From: Mobula hypostoma
Taxonomy: Eukaryota
Assembly (NCBI RefSeq): GCF_963921235.1
Contig: NC_086097.1
Coordinates: forward strand, 237,400,001-237,464,000
Direction: 5' to 3'
Length of the DNA stretch: 64,000 nt
Shown here: positions 24,652 through 37,034 of the stretch, piece after piece
Numbering within the stretch: position 1 is the stretch's first letter
Layout of the letters: each line of letters opens with the position of its first letter
The notes under the pieces: generated by a model
Databases searched by the model: none
What the model was told of the DNA's origin: nothing
Seen by the model: the letters and a program-made list of their open reading frames with translations, nothing else
Program-made: the position numbers and the translations under genes

Positions 24652-24803
24652 CAAACGCGAGGAAATCCGCAGATGCTGGAAATTCAAGCAACACACACAA
24701 AAAATGCTGGTGAACGCAGCAGGCCAGGCAGCATCTATAGGAAGAGGTACAGTCGACGTTTCGGCCCAGGACCAGGGTCTCGGCCCGAAACGTCGACTGT
24801 ACC
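24652..24803. mobile_element. Penelope-like terminal insertion with internal inversion and 12-bp TSD
   Basis: TSD tctttcaaagtt at 24640-24651 and 24804-24815; cagtcgacgtttcggccc..ggcccgaaacgtcgactg inverted junction. Confidence 0.85.
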
Positions 24804-25452
24804 TCTTTCAAAGTTGATGAGGTGGTTAAGAAGGTATATGGTGTGGTGGCCTTCATTAGTCGAGAGATTGAGTTCAACTGCTGGGAGGCAATGTTACAGC
24901 TCTATAACACTCTGGTTAGACCGCACTTGGAATATTGAGCTCAGTTCTGGTCAACTCATGATAGGAAGGACAGGGAAGGCTTAGAGAGGGCGCAGAGAAG
25001 ATTTGCCAGAGTGCTGTTTGGATGAGGGAACATATTTTATGAGGAAAGTTTGAGCAAGCTTTTCTCTTATGAATGAAGGCAATTTGAAGAAAGTGTGCAA
25101 CATGATCAGAAGCATAGATAAAGTGGATAGCCAGAGACTTTTTCCCAGGGTGGGAGTAGCTAATAGCTAATAGAAGGGGACATAATTTTAAGGTGATTGA
25201 AAGGAGGTATAAGGGAAGGGAAGATAAAGGTAAATTATTTTACCTGGAGACTGGTAGTTGCATGGAGCGGGCTGTCAGAAGTGGTGGTAGAGGCAGAAAC
25301 AACAGGGGAATTTCAGAAACTCTCAGAAATGCACATGGATGATAGAACAATGTAGGAGGGAAGGCTGACATTGATCTTAAGAGTAGGTTAAAATGTTGGC
25401 ACAACATCATTGGTCAAAGGGCCTGTACTGTGCTGTACTGTTTTATGTTCTA
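24804..25452 (+). mobile_element. Degenerate CR1 3' region
   Basis: gttagaccgcacttggaatattg (RPHLEY) and tail aagggcctgtactgtgctgtactgttttatgttcta. Confidence 0.8.
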
Positions 25453-25878
25453 ACTTCTGCATTGAAGAGAATATGTTCTTATTATAATCAGATCAGACCT
25501 TTTAAATGGTGGGACAGGCTAGAAAGGACGTGTTCTCCTCCTGCTGCTGATTTGTATGTATTTGTGTCCCGAACAAGAAACTACAGCAGAAAACACCCAA
25601 TCAACAACAGCAAGGCAGCAATACATTGACAGTCCATATGCATTTATCATCCAATATGTCCTTTACACTTTGTACTGAATTAAAGTTAATGTGAATATAT
25701 ATTTGCATATACTACTATTTCACATTACTACTATTACTACTATTTCACATTAGAATCGAGCTAGGAAATTATTAAGCCTGAAGCTAACTCTTTCAGTTTC
25801 CACTACATTAGTCATGTTGCTGCCTTATAAAGTATTTGTTGACTGACAATAAAGTGCTGTTTAGTAAATTCTGGCACA

Positions 25879-26458
25879 TACACTCAGTGGCCACTTTATT
25901 AGGTATCTCCTGTGCCTTATAAAGTAGCCAGTGAGAGTATTTGTGGTCTTCTGTTCCTGTAGCCCATCCACTTCAAGGTTCGACGTGCTGTACGTTCAGA
26001 GATGCTCTTCTGCACACCACTGTTGTAATGCATGGTTATTTGAATTACTATCACCTTCCTGTCAGCCTGAACCATTCTGGCCATTCTTCTCTGATCTCTC
26101 TCATTAACAAGGCATTTTCACCCACAGAACACAGTTTGTGCTTACTGGATGGTTTTCTTTTGTTTTTCACACCATTTTCTATAAACTTTAGAGAATGTTC
26201 AGTATGAAAATCCCAGGAGACCAGCAATTTCTGAGATACTCAAACCACCCTGTCTGGCACCAACAATTTTTCCATGGTCAAAGTCACTTAGGTCACATTT
26301 CTTTCCCCTATTCTGATGTTTGGTCTGAACAACAACTGAACCTCTTGACCATGTCTGCATGCTTTTATCTATTGAGTTGCTTGCCTTATGATTGGCTGAT
26401 TAGATATTTGCATTAACCAGCAGTTTACAATTGTACCTAATAAGAGGCCACTGAGTTA
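25879..26458 (-). mobile_element. Internally deleted Tc1/mariner DNA transposon (MITE-like)
   Basis: TIRs ta|cactcagtggccactttattaggta ... tacctaataagaggccactgagt|ta. The minus strand retains the Tc1 transposase N-terminus GKKCDLSDFDHGKIVGARQGGLSISEIAGLLG. Confidence 0.85.
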
Positions 26459-26616
26459 CTGTTGATCTGTATTCAAATTTGGTTCTCAATTTCTTCTCAA
26501 TTAGTTGAAAGATGCCTATCTGTCATGAGTTTCAAAAAACTCTTTTTAACAAAAAGAAATGAAACAGCTAGAATAATAGGACCTTAATTTAACAGAAGTG
26601 AACCAAGAATTTAGAT

Positions 26617-26858
26617 TGGCCTCTTATTAGGTACAATTGTAAACTGCTGGTTAATGCAAATATCTAATCAGCCAATCATAAGGCAAGCAACTCAATAGAT
26701 AAAAGCATGCAGACATGGTCAAGAGGTTCAGTTGTTGTTCAGACCAAACATCAGAATAGGGGAAAGAAATGTGACCTAAGTGACTTTGACCATGGAAAAA
26801 TTGTTGGTGCCAGACAGGGTGGTTTGAGTATCTCAGAAATTGCTGGTCTCCTGGGATT
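26617..26858 (+). repeat. 242-bp inverted duplicate of 26209-26450
   Basis: Reads identical by eye to the reverse complement of 26209-26450; ORFs 26195..26416(+) and 26651..27052(-) share an identical peptide. Confidence 0.93.
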
Positions 26859-26927
26859 GGAAAATCTAAATTTAACAGAAAAAAAAACTGGAACCAGGTA
26901 AATCTGTCTGCACATTTCAAAAATGTA

Positions 26928-26951
26928 ATACAGTGCTGTGCAAAAGCCTTA

Positions 26952-26996
<45 letters not shown>

Positions 26997-27260
26997 CTTG
27001 GGTCACAAAAATGAGAAAATTTGTATATGCTGGAAATGCAAAGGAACACCACACAAAATGCTGGAGGAACTCAGAAAGCCAGGCAGCACCTAATGGAAAA
27101 GAGTAAACAGTTGACATTTTGGACTGAGAGTCCTGAAGAAGGGTCTCAGCCCAAAATATTGACTGTTTACTCCTTTCCATAGATGCTGCCTAGTCTTCTG
27201 AGTTCCTCCAGCTTTGTGTGAGTGTGATATAGCTAGGGTGCCGAAGACTTTTGCACCCTA
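26928..27260. mobile_element. Tc1-type MITE with (TA)n tract and nested inverted Penelope terminus (about 27005-27225)
   Basis: TIRs tacagtgctgtgcaaaagccttaggca ... tgccgaagacttttgcac; (TA)n at about 26956-26992. Related MITE pieces at 28218-28281 and 35194-35230. Confidence 0.7.
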
Positions 27261-27360
27261 TGTCTTTCCAGTTATCAAATAACACTTAATACAACTGAGC
27301 TAATACAAAGCTAAGTACTCTTATTTCTGTTTCCTAACCACCTTCCGAGTTTATAAATAT

Positions 27361-28213
27361 TGTGACGAGAATACACATAGATAAGATGTTAGCTGTCCTG
27401 TGTGATCAGCAGTTGGTCTGCCACCTGTCTTCAAGAGCGAGATAAGGAACACAATGAAACAGCATCTGGAGATGTGTAATGAAGGGACGGGGGAGAGAGA
27501 GAGAGAGCTGTCTGGAGCGGCTCCCCCTTCGAACCCTGAACTGTTTGAAGTGATGGACAGGCGATACCCCAGCAGGGGGGTAAAAAGGGACAGGTTCGCT
27601 AAGGCAGGACACACACGACACCCGAGGTAACGAGACCCTGGAAGCGGTAAGCCTCTCACGAGTCGGTGGGAAGTACCGGACAACGCACAGGGTGGAAAGG
27701 TACGATCAGCGGGAACCCGGTGTGTGTCCGCCCTTGCTTGGGTGCCGGGTTCACTGCAGAGGATGGACCGCATCTGGAGGAGGGGTCACAGTCGGTGACC
27801 TCAGGTGACATCATCAAGGACCTGCCCAAAAGCTGCTTGTGAGCCATATCGCCGGTCTGTGAGTGGAAGCCGTGTCTGAATGATCAGTCGTTCCCGTTCT
27901 CTCTCTCTCTCTCCCCCCATGTTGTCCATCGCCATGGCAACGATTACTGCGAACTGAACTAGATTGGACTGAACTTTTGTGTCACTTTGAAATTTGGTCA
28001 CTTACCCCTAGACAATGATAGAGCTTGATTGATGCTGTTATCTTAATTCTGTGCACATGTGTGTTTATCATTGCTGAATTGTTGCATTTATTATCCTTTC
28101 GATTACTGTGTTGCTTATTTCTTTAATAAAACTTTCTTAGTTCTAGTAATCCAGACTCTAACTGAGTGATCCATTTCTGCTGGTTTGGCAACCCAGTTAC
28201 GGGGTACGTAACA
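27361..28213 (+). mobile_element. Solo LTR (853 bp), Gypsy-type
   Basis: TGTGACG...CGTAACA termini, 4-bp TSD ATAT (27357-27360 and 28214-28217), AATAAA near 28125, CpG-rich. Confidence 0.88.
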
Positions 28214-28637
28214 ATATGCAGTACTGTATATTTATAAACCTAGCTATATATATATGCCTAAGACTTTTGCACAGTACTGTAAGTAGTGAACCCAACAATG
28301 TTTTTAGCTGAACATTACTATGTGGATAGTAAGGTTTATGGGAACTGATATAACACATGGAAGGATTACTCCACTCAGTCTCTCTCACCTGCCTCCTCCG
28401 TGTAAGGTTACAACTAACTTTTAGGGAGTATTCTGGAGTTCCGTGAATATAACCGATATTAAATCAAACAAGAACCAGGCTTCATTTCTTATTGTAAACA
28501 TAAATAAGTTCAGGAAGTTTGCAAATTAGCCTTCTGTTCTTTTTAGTAAATTGCAAGCAGTAAATTGTAGTTAAGAGCATAGCCAGCCCCACAGACTATG
28601 AGATTGCATAAGCACAAGCCAAATGTTAAGGAAATTG

Positions 28638-29163
28638 GGTTGTGTTAATTGGCCTGCATCAAACCAGGCAACATAGCTGAGTTATGTGCACCATTGTGAC
28701 AGATTTCAAGCTGGCAGACCAGATGGATGTTGTCAATGAGCATACGAAACATGGTCACAGATATAGGCAATCAGAAGTTTTTGTGTACTTATGATATGTG
28801 TGTACTCAGAGACAACCCTGACAACATTAATTTTGAATGTCTGGGATTTCTGCCTCAGAAGCTTTTAGACGATTTGTGTGAATTACTTTGTGACAAAGGT
28901 GTTTGAACATTCAGAGGTGTCTGTAACTATAATATGTAATTCATAGGAAGCATTATCAGCCCCAAAATTGAATTCTAACTACTGAAATCGTATTGTATCA
29001 GCTACTATTACCTTTCATCTTAAGGATATAAAAATATGATGGATGGGTTTGTGAGCCTTTCCTGAGAGGGTCTCCAGAATGATGCCTGCCTGTTGTGATT
29101 AATAAAGGCTTCTATATCACCAGCTTCAGTGCTTCTCTGGTGCATTTGATCAAAGTCACAACA
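28638..29163 (+). mobile_element. Possible old solo LTR
   Basis: (G)GTTGTG...CACAACA termini, gatataaaa box, aataaa at 29101; no TSD. Confidence 0.35.
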
Positions 29164-29617
29164 TTTCTGGGTCTGCTGGGATGCATTCATGACCCACTAT
29201 GTGGCCTGTAATCTCAGCAGGGGTGAGCATTTTCAAGAGTAGCATCCACACTTAGGTCTGTCCAGGTCAACGACCATGGGATTGCAAGCGCCCAAGAAGG
29301 TGGCGAAGAGCTGAATTGCTAGATACGAAAGTGTGGTGTGCGTGCATGTGTGCATTTGTAAGGGACCAGATGTGTACAATTCAAGTGCTTCTGGTGTCAC
29401 TTGAGTGAAATCTGCTGGAGTTTGCTACGCCGGTACAAACTAACACATACGCAACATTAACACTGAAAAATGAAAATGATCTGACGTGAGCTGCATTTAT
29501 TGGTGGCACCATCTGCTCATTTCCCTCATATTTAGTTCCCAAAATCTCTTTTTGATAGTCAGTTGAATCGCAATGGTGCCTTCTCAGTTTGAAGTCCTGT
29601 TAAATGCCTCACTCTCA

Positions 29618-29900
29618 GATTCATATTCATTTTATTACATCAAAGTGTACACGAAATGCTTGATTTGCTTTAACAAACAACACAAACTAAGGATGTGCTG
29701 AAGGTGGCCTGCAAGTGTTATCACACATTCTGGCCCCAACATAACATTCCCACAATGCTCGGCAGTACAACACAGAACACAATAAACAACGAAAGAACAA
29801 GAGCAGAACAAGCCACTTTCCTAACTCCCACCCATCCACCTACACATAACCACAGTTCTCCAACCCCAGGACTGTTCATCTCTGGACTACAGCCTCCATA
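29618..29900 (-). mobile_element. SINE-like repeat (plus-strand relative at about 42200-42660)
   Basis: Shared gtgtg(g)cgacact(t/c)g..ggc..cc..cacatcctt.ggttgtgttg core. Confidence 0.55.
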
Positions 29901-30879
29901 TTTGTTTCACATGGCAGGTGTTTTACTCTTTACACTTCTAACTGGTTTTTGTCAAGATGAAGTGTGGCCCGGAGTGTGGCCCGGGTGGGGGTAGGCGCGA
30001 GTCTGTCCATTTGGGAGCCGCAGTTAAATCAATATTCGCCTAGCATCTTGTCCACATCATGGGTGACCCTGACTTAGCATCGCCTGATGGAGTTGTTGAA
30101 GCACGCAAGCCTCCACACGATGTCAGCATGTTGACCCAGGTCGTGGAGGAGGCTCCAATGGCCCACCTTGATTGGAAACTTTCTCCTTTATCATTTTAGA
30201 AAGAGGGCAATGTATTATTCAAAGGAACACTATTTTTAGTGGGATAGAGGATGTTAACTTCCTTACACATTAATACTGGACTAGGGATCTCGTTAGATGT
30301 GGAACCAACAGAACAGTTCATTATTGGGGCACACTTAACTCAGCCTCTCCATCAGTGTGAAAGCTGTAGGTTTCCTCACAAACTGAGCAGAACAGGGGAC
30401 AAAATTCAGTTTCAGCTTGCATTATTTAAGGCAGGAGGCACTCAACATATTTGTCACTACCTGCACACCGAAGGACATCCCAGATTCACTAATTCCTCAC
30501 TGAATGACAAGCTGGTTGTAAGGGTGCTGAAGACAATCACATGACTGAGGAACCCTACAGCTGAAACCAGGGTTGCACATTACGAGATGACCATGGAAGT
30601 GTGTCTCCCACAATCTCCCGTCACACCAGCCCCTCAGTGAGCACAGTGGCATAATGCATGCCGAGATCAAACTACCCATTATGCCCTGTAAGGGTATTCA
30701 TTCCTCCTTTCATTCCACTCCATCCACCATGACCATTCATCCCTAACCTGTGCTTATTGATGAATTCCTTCGTAGTCTTCCAGTTACCTCCAGCTTCTGA
30801 TTACTTGCTTCAAAAATATTTAGTGTACAGATGGCTTTGGTCATGTGACCCATTCCTCTGGAATAATCAACTATCTTTT

Positions 30880-31030
30880 CAGCTGGTGTCTCTTAGTTCT
30901 GATGAAGGGTTTGGCACAAAATGTCGATTGTTCATTCCTCTCCATAGATACTTCCTGTCCTGCTGAGTTCCTCCAGCATTTTAAGTGCTTTACGCTGGAT
31001 CTCCAGTATCCGCAGAACTTCTTGTGTTTA
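30880..31030 (+). mobile_element. Penelope-like terminus with decayed hammerhead
   Basis: ctgatgaagggtttggcacaaaatgtcgattg...ctgctgagttcctccagcatt. Confidence 0.7.
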
Positions 31031-31155
31031 TTTCTTACTTTTGAGCAGCTAAACCCTAAGTCTGCTTAGGAGGATGGCATAGATTGATGAGGGTGCCATG
31101 TGATGAAGGTCTCCTTCAAAAAGCAATGCCACAAAAAGGCTCAACCATTATTAAG

Positions 31156-31516
31156 TCCATAAGACGATAAGATATAGGAGCAGAAGTAGGCCATTCAGCC
31201 CATCTATCTGCTCCACCATTCAATCAATGGCTGATCCAATTCTTCTAATCATCTCCATTCCCCTGCCTTCTCACCATGCCCTTTGATGCCCTGGCTAATC
31301 AAGAACCTATCTATCTCTGGCTTAAATGCACCCAATGACTTGGTATCCACAGCCACTCATGGCAACAAATTCCACAGATATACCACTTGCTGACTAAAGT
31401 AATTTTTCCGCATCTCTGTTCTAAATGGACATACTTCAATCCTGAAGTAGTGTCCTCTTGTCCTGGACTCCCCTACCATGGGAAATAACTTTGCCATATC
31501 TAATCTGTTCAGACCT
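31156..31516 (-). mobile_element. CR1 3' fragment nested in a Rex-like 3' end (about 31115-31710)
   Basis: ccataagacgataagatataggagcag tail; the Rex sequence resumes at aagaactcccatcac. Confidence 0.8.
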
Positions 31517-31709
31517 TAATTAAGAACTCCCATCACACAAGGCATGCCCTCTTCTAATTGCTGCCATCAAGGAGGAGGTACAGGAGCCTGAAGACACACT
31601 CTCAATGTTTCAGGAACAGATTCTTTCACTCCAGCATTAGGCTTCTGAATAGACAATGAACTCAAGAACACTACCTCACTATTTTTTGTGCTCTCTTGTT
31701 CTACTAATT

Positions 31710-32688
31710 ATTGAATTGAATTGACTTTATTTCTTACATCCTTCACATAAATGAGGAGCAAAAATCTTTACGTTCCATCTCCGTCTAAATGCGCAATGTG
31801 CAAACATAGTAATTTATCATAATTTATAATAAATAGGACAGTCAATATAAGATAGAAATACACTCAAATCAGCGTGAGTTAATCAGTCTGATGGCCTGGT
31901 GGAAGAAGCTGTCCCTGAGCTTGTTGGTCCTGGCTTTTATGCTGTACCATTTCCCAGATGGTAGCAGGTGGAATAGATTGTGGTTGGGGTGACTAGGGTC
32001 CCCAATGATCCTTCGGGCCCTTTTTCTCACATTTGTCTTTGCAAATGTCCTGAATCATGGGAAGTTCATAACTAAAGATGCACTGGGCTGTTTGCAGCCA
32101 CCCTATGCAGAATCCTGCGATTAAGGGAGGTACAGTTCCCATAACAGGTAGTGATGCAGCCTGTCAAGATGCTCTCAGTTCTACCCCTGTAGAAAGTTCT
32201 TCAGATTTAGGGGCCCATACCAAACTTCCTCAACCATCTGAGGTGAAAGAGGCACTGTAGTGTTTTTTTCACCACACAGATGGTGTATACAGACCACGTG
32301 AGTTCCTCAGTGATGTTGATGCTGAGGAATTTAAAGCTGTTCACCCTCTCAACCCCAGATCCATTGATGTCAATAGGGATTAGCCCATCTCCATTCCTCC
32401 TGTAATCCACAACCAGCTCCTTTATTTTGGCGACATTGAGGGAGAGGTTGTTTTCTTGATACCACTGTGTCAGAGGGATGATTTCTTCCCTGTAGTCCGC
32501 CTTGCTATTTGAGATTAGGCCAATCAATGTACTGTCATCAGCAAATTTAATTAGCAGATTATAGCTGTGGGTGACGATACAGTCATCAGTATACTAAGAG
32601 CAAAGGAGGGGACTTAGTACACAGCCCTGAGGGGCTGCTGTGTTGAGAGTCAGAGGGATGGAGGTGAGGAAACCCACTCTTACCACCT
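31710..32688 (-). mobile_element. Rex1/Babar-like LINE RT fragment
   Basis: [41 protein letters not shown]; (attga)n tail. Confidence 0.85.
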
Positions 32689-32792
32689 TACTTAATTTAT
32701 TTTATATATGTATTTTCTATTGTTATTTATAGATTTTTTATCATTATGTATTGCGATGTACTGTTGCTGCAAAACAACAAATTTCATGACAT

Positions 32793-33109
32793 CAAACACG
32801 ACGAAATCTGCAGATGCTGGAATTTCAAGCAACACACATAAAAAATGCTGGTGAATGCAGCAGGTCAGGCAGCATCTCTAGGAAGAGGTATAGTCGACGT
32901 TTCTGGCCGAGACCCTTCATCAGGACTAACTGAAAGAAGAGATAGTAAGAGATTTGAAAGTGAGAGGGGGAGGAGGGGATCTAAAAAAAATAATAGGAGA
33001 AGACAGGAGGGGAAGGGATGAAGCTAAGAGCTGGAAAGTTGATTGGCAAAAGGGATATGAGAGGATCATGGGACGGGAGGCCTAGGGAGAAAGAAAGGAG
33101 GAGGGGGGG
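32793..33109 (-). mobile_element. Penelope-like terminus with near-intact hammerhead motif and imperfect 14-bp TSD
   Basis: TSD aaatttcatgacat (32779-32792) / aaatcccatgacat (33110-33123); inserted in a Rex 3' UTR. Confidence 0.85.
32891..32928 (-). ncRNA. Minimal type-I hammerhead ribozyme motif (Penelope-associated)
   Basis: Minus strand TAGTC-CTGATGA-AGGGTCTCGGCCA-GAAAC-GTC-GACTA: 5-bp stem I, intact core, palindromic ACGT stem III. Stem II is weakened by CCC->CCA. Activity untested. Confidence 0.7.
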
Positions 33110-33129
33110 AAATCCCATGACATATTTAC

Positions 33130-33655
33130 TGTAAGTTCAAATTCAATTTCAAGTTCAATTGTCATTTAACCATATGTAAATACCCATTAATACAGCCAAA
33201 CAAAATAGTCTTTTTCCGGGGTCAGGGTACAAAACACAACACCAACAGTCATACACAGTACAGGGCACGGACAGCACATATGAGATATCAGTAAAATACA
33301 GTCACACAAAAAAAAATCTCGCCCATGAATGCAGCAGGAGTCTGCAGTTGAATACAATATAACGTCTTCTACCAAGCTAACACTGCAGAGACAGCACCAC
33401 ACCTGGCACTATGGTGGAGCGCACTAACTCCAAAGCTCTCTCCTGGGTGGCTGTAAACAGGTGACACTGTGGCTGGAGGCCTAGTACTTGCTAGGACCGA
33501 GGCCATGTCATCCAATATATCAATGACCTGGACATGCTGCGTTCCACATTAGCAATGTCTAACAAGGACTTGCAATCATAGGAAAGTGACTAAGACAATC
33601 ACTCGCCGTTAGACGACACTCCGCCTTCATGCACTGTCTCCTCTGATGCCTCTCT
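33130..33655 (-). mobile_element. Unclassified short retro-repeat (family also at 53260-54035 and 56062-56975)
   Basis: Shared aatttcaagtt..aattg..att.aacca...aatacagccaaa end and caggtgacac..tggct.gag.cctag motif. Confidence 0.55.
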
Positions 33656-34439
33656 AAAGCAGGCAGCAGTGATATTGTGCCAATGACATTAATCTTGATT
33701 CTGATTCAGAATCCATAACACCACTGCCATTTTCAACAGCAGATGAGCACTCTCCCCTATGTATAGTCAGAGCTGTAAATCCAGGCACACTCTTGTCCTG
33801 TAGGATGTGATACATGATGAAGTAACACATAACAGGCTTCACAAATGAGCTGTCTTTTTCCTGCCTGATATATTAATGAGTGTCTAACAATGTAGTTTAC
33901 TTGGCAGGGCCGAGGGTGAATGCAGAAGCTAGCACTGAACTTGATCCAGCAGGCCTTAGTACAAGAGACTGTGAGGATCTGCTTCCTCCCTGCTATTTTC
34001 CTCTGAACTACGCCCCTGTTCTGCCCAATCCCATTCTGTTCTGCGGCATCACACTAGTGTGTTCCAGGGAGCTTCCGGACGCTTACAATCTCTGTGCTAA
34101 AATCCCCAAACTACAGGAAGCCGTTAACACATTTAAGTTTGCACAAGAAGGGCTTCCCAGTTTGCCAAACGTGCCTGGATTAAATGGGAAATCAGACAGG
34201 TTTCTCACTTGCCATCTGTTTTAGCAGATTTTACTATTTCTACCCACTGAAAACTCCACCTGTTCTCAGGATTTAACATTTAACCCTTTAAGATGGAAGG
34301 TAGCAATCCATTATATATATTTTTCAAGAAAATATATCATAAAACAAAATTGTCCGACTGAATAAGGTGGCTTATTGTTGGTAAAGATTTTTTTACAAAA
34401 CTACAAAATATACAAAATATAAACATCAAGACGGCTAAC

Positions 34440-34705
34440 AATTTCAAATTAAAATACAGCTATTGCTATCAACAAACACTCATTTCCCTGAGGACCCAAG
34501 TGTTCTTGGAAATCATCCACTTTACCCATAGTGACCGCATGCTCCCTCTCAAAGGACAATGGAAAAGAGCCAGGCAGTTGGCTTGGGCAGAGACCTTGAT
34601 TGCCCTCTGCCTGGATCCATGAATGGCTTTCTTGTTGAGGCCCAGGAGCAAGACCCAGCAGTATAACCCTCGAGCAACCCAGCACCCTCCATATTTAGAC
34701 ACTCG
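34440..34705 (-). mobile_element. Tx1-like (L1 clade) ORF2 C-terminal fragment
   Basis: LLLGLNKKAIHGSRQRAI..ANCLALF, then across a frameshift SFEREHAVTMGKVDDFQEHLGPQG. Confidence 0.65.
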
Positions 34706-34884
34706 AGTAATAGATGTTTCTGCCGGGGAATGAACAGGTCTGGGCTGGTTCAGACAAATGAATGTTAAAGGCCTTGTATGCAAAAGGAAGAGAGAAGCAG
34801 CACATCAGAGAAAATACACAATTGTAAATGATAATGAAAACTCCATCAGTGGCTCAGGCTTTAACTAATGTTTGAGCAGACGTC

Positions 34885-35195
34885 CTACGAAATGGATTTT
34901 TAGAACAGCTTGTGGTTGAGCCCACTAGGGAAAAGGCAATTCTGAACTGGGTGTTGTGTAATGAACCAGATGTAATTAGGGAGCTTAAGGTAAAGGACTG
35001 CTGGTAAATGATGCTAGAGAAGCAGTAATGGGGACAAAGAAATTGTGGATGAATAGTAAGTATTTTCCATCAGACTTCACTATAGAAGACACCAGCAGTA
35101 TGCCGGGAATTTGAGAGTGTCGGGGGCCAATGGTGAGTGTAGTTGCTATTACTAAGGAGAAGATGCTTGAGAAATTGAAAGGTGTGAAGGTAGAT
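34885..35195 (+). mobile_element. Deleted CR1 ORF2 fragment
   Basis: FLEQLVVEPTREKAILNWVLCNEP and FTIEDTSS-type motifs. Confidence 0.7.
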
Positions 35196-35439
35196 ACAGT
35201 GCTGTGCAAAGCTGAGGCACATATACTGTACATAACCCAAGACTGTAGCTGCCCAAAAGGCTTAGGAGAGGGACGCCAGCACTGTCTAAGATCATTACTG
35301 TAGCTCTGAAGTTGCCTACAGTACAAACCAGTCTGCTTCAAGATGGCAGATATTCTTTTCTGAATGACCAAGTGAACCAGATGAACCATCCTTTAGTTTC
35401 ATGGTAACCACTAATGATGCTATCCTTTGATTTCAGAAG

Positions 35440-36270
35440 ATTGGAACAGAGAACATGGAACATTACAGCACAGTACAGACCATTTGCCCCACAATATCGT
35501 ATCAATCTTTTAACCAACTCTAAGATCAATCTCACCTTTCCCTCCTCTGTAGCGCAGCCCTCCATTTTTCTATTATCCAGTTTCCTATTGAGGAGTTCCT
35601 TAAATGCCCCTGAGGTATTGACCTCTACCACCATCCCTGGCAGCATGCTCCACACAGTGTCCAGCTTTGTGTAAAAGAAACTTACCTCTGACATTTCCAC
35701 TGTACTTTCCTCTGATCAGCTTATAATTATGCCCTCTCACATTCACCATTTCCACCCTGGGAGAAAGCCTCTGGCTATCCACTTGATCAATGCCTCTTAT
35801 CATCTTGTACACCTCTATCAAGTTATCACTTCTGCTGCAAGCGAACAGGCCTAAGTTTGCTCGACCTACGTGGATATGCTCTTCAATCTGGGCAGCATCC
35901 TGGTAAACATCCTCTGTACCCTGTCTAAATCTTCCACATCCTTTCTATATAATGAGCTGACCAGAACTGAACATGATACTCCAAGAATGATGTAACCATA
36001 GATCTGAAACATTACCTCATGGCTCCTGAAATCAATCCCCCAATTACTGAAGGCCAACACACCCTATGTCTTAAAAACCCTATCAACTTTCATGCCAACT
36101 TTGAGGGAATCTATGGAAGTGGAAGCCAAGATCCCTCTGTTCCTTGACACTGCAAAGAATCCTGTCTTTAAACCTGTACTTTGCCCGAAGATTCAATCTT
36201 CTATAGTGAATCACTTCACACTTTTTTTGGTTGAACGCCATCTGCCACTTCTCAGCCCAGCTCTGCAATC
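35440..36270 (-). mobile_element. Degenerate CR1 3' region
   Basis: WAEKWQMAFNQKKCEVIH, MIEVYKMIRGID; agaacatggaacat tail. Confidence 0.85.
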
Positions 36271-37034
36271 TAAATTTCTCAACCACTGTGGTGAGATTTC
36301 AAGAGACATATCCTGTCCAATAACTTAACCACTAAACTATTGTCCTCTTAATGAGCTGAATAATCATTTAATTGTCTGAAACAAAAGAAAATTGAAGACC
36401 ATTGGAAATAGTTGGTGATGATCCTCAGCATAATGTAATGTAAGGTTTGGAGAATGGTCTTCAAATAAAATTGAGTTGTACATTCACTTGAAATACATGT
36501 AAACCATGAGGTCCTGGGTCATGAAGCGCGTAAGCATGTAGTGATGAAATAAGAAATGGAACGCAATTAGACCAATCTGCTATCATGGGAAGTAAACAAC
36601 TTTGTTTCTGTTTGGGAAGAAAGCTAGCTTCTGAATGTAATTTATGCCATTAACAAGTAGAGTTATTTTGAAACTGGATGTGTGAGCTACATGTGAGCAC
36701 GTTGGACATTTCCTCTGACTAAGGTTGTGAACAGTGCATAGAACTTTGAGTTCTCAAGGCCGACCATGACTCTATCTCAATGGAGTCCTTAGTAGGCAGA
36801 AGGATGTGAGACTCACTGCCTTTTCAACATGTTAGTAACTTGTTGCTTTGTTAATATACTAATGTTTTTGTTAAAAAGATCATCAATATTTAATAAATTG
36901 TAGTTTTATATTATTGAAGTATTCTTTCTCCATCATTGTGACATATATGTACTTTGATAATAAATTTACTTTGAACTTTGAAATTCTCAAAATTTGCTTA
37001 CGTGCCATTACTTCTTGTGTCAGCACTAATATTT

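Noticed and set aside
26707..26901. Functional Tc1 transposase
   Set aside because: Only about 32 N-terminal codons remain, the start codon is lost, and there is no DDE domain
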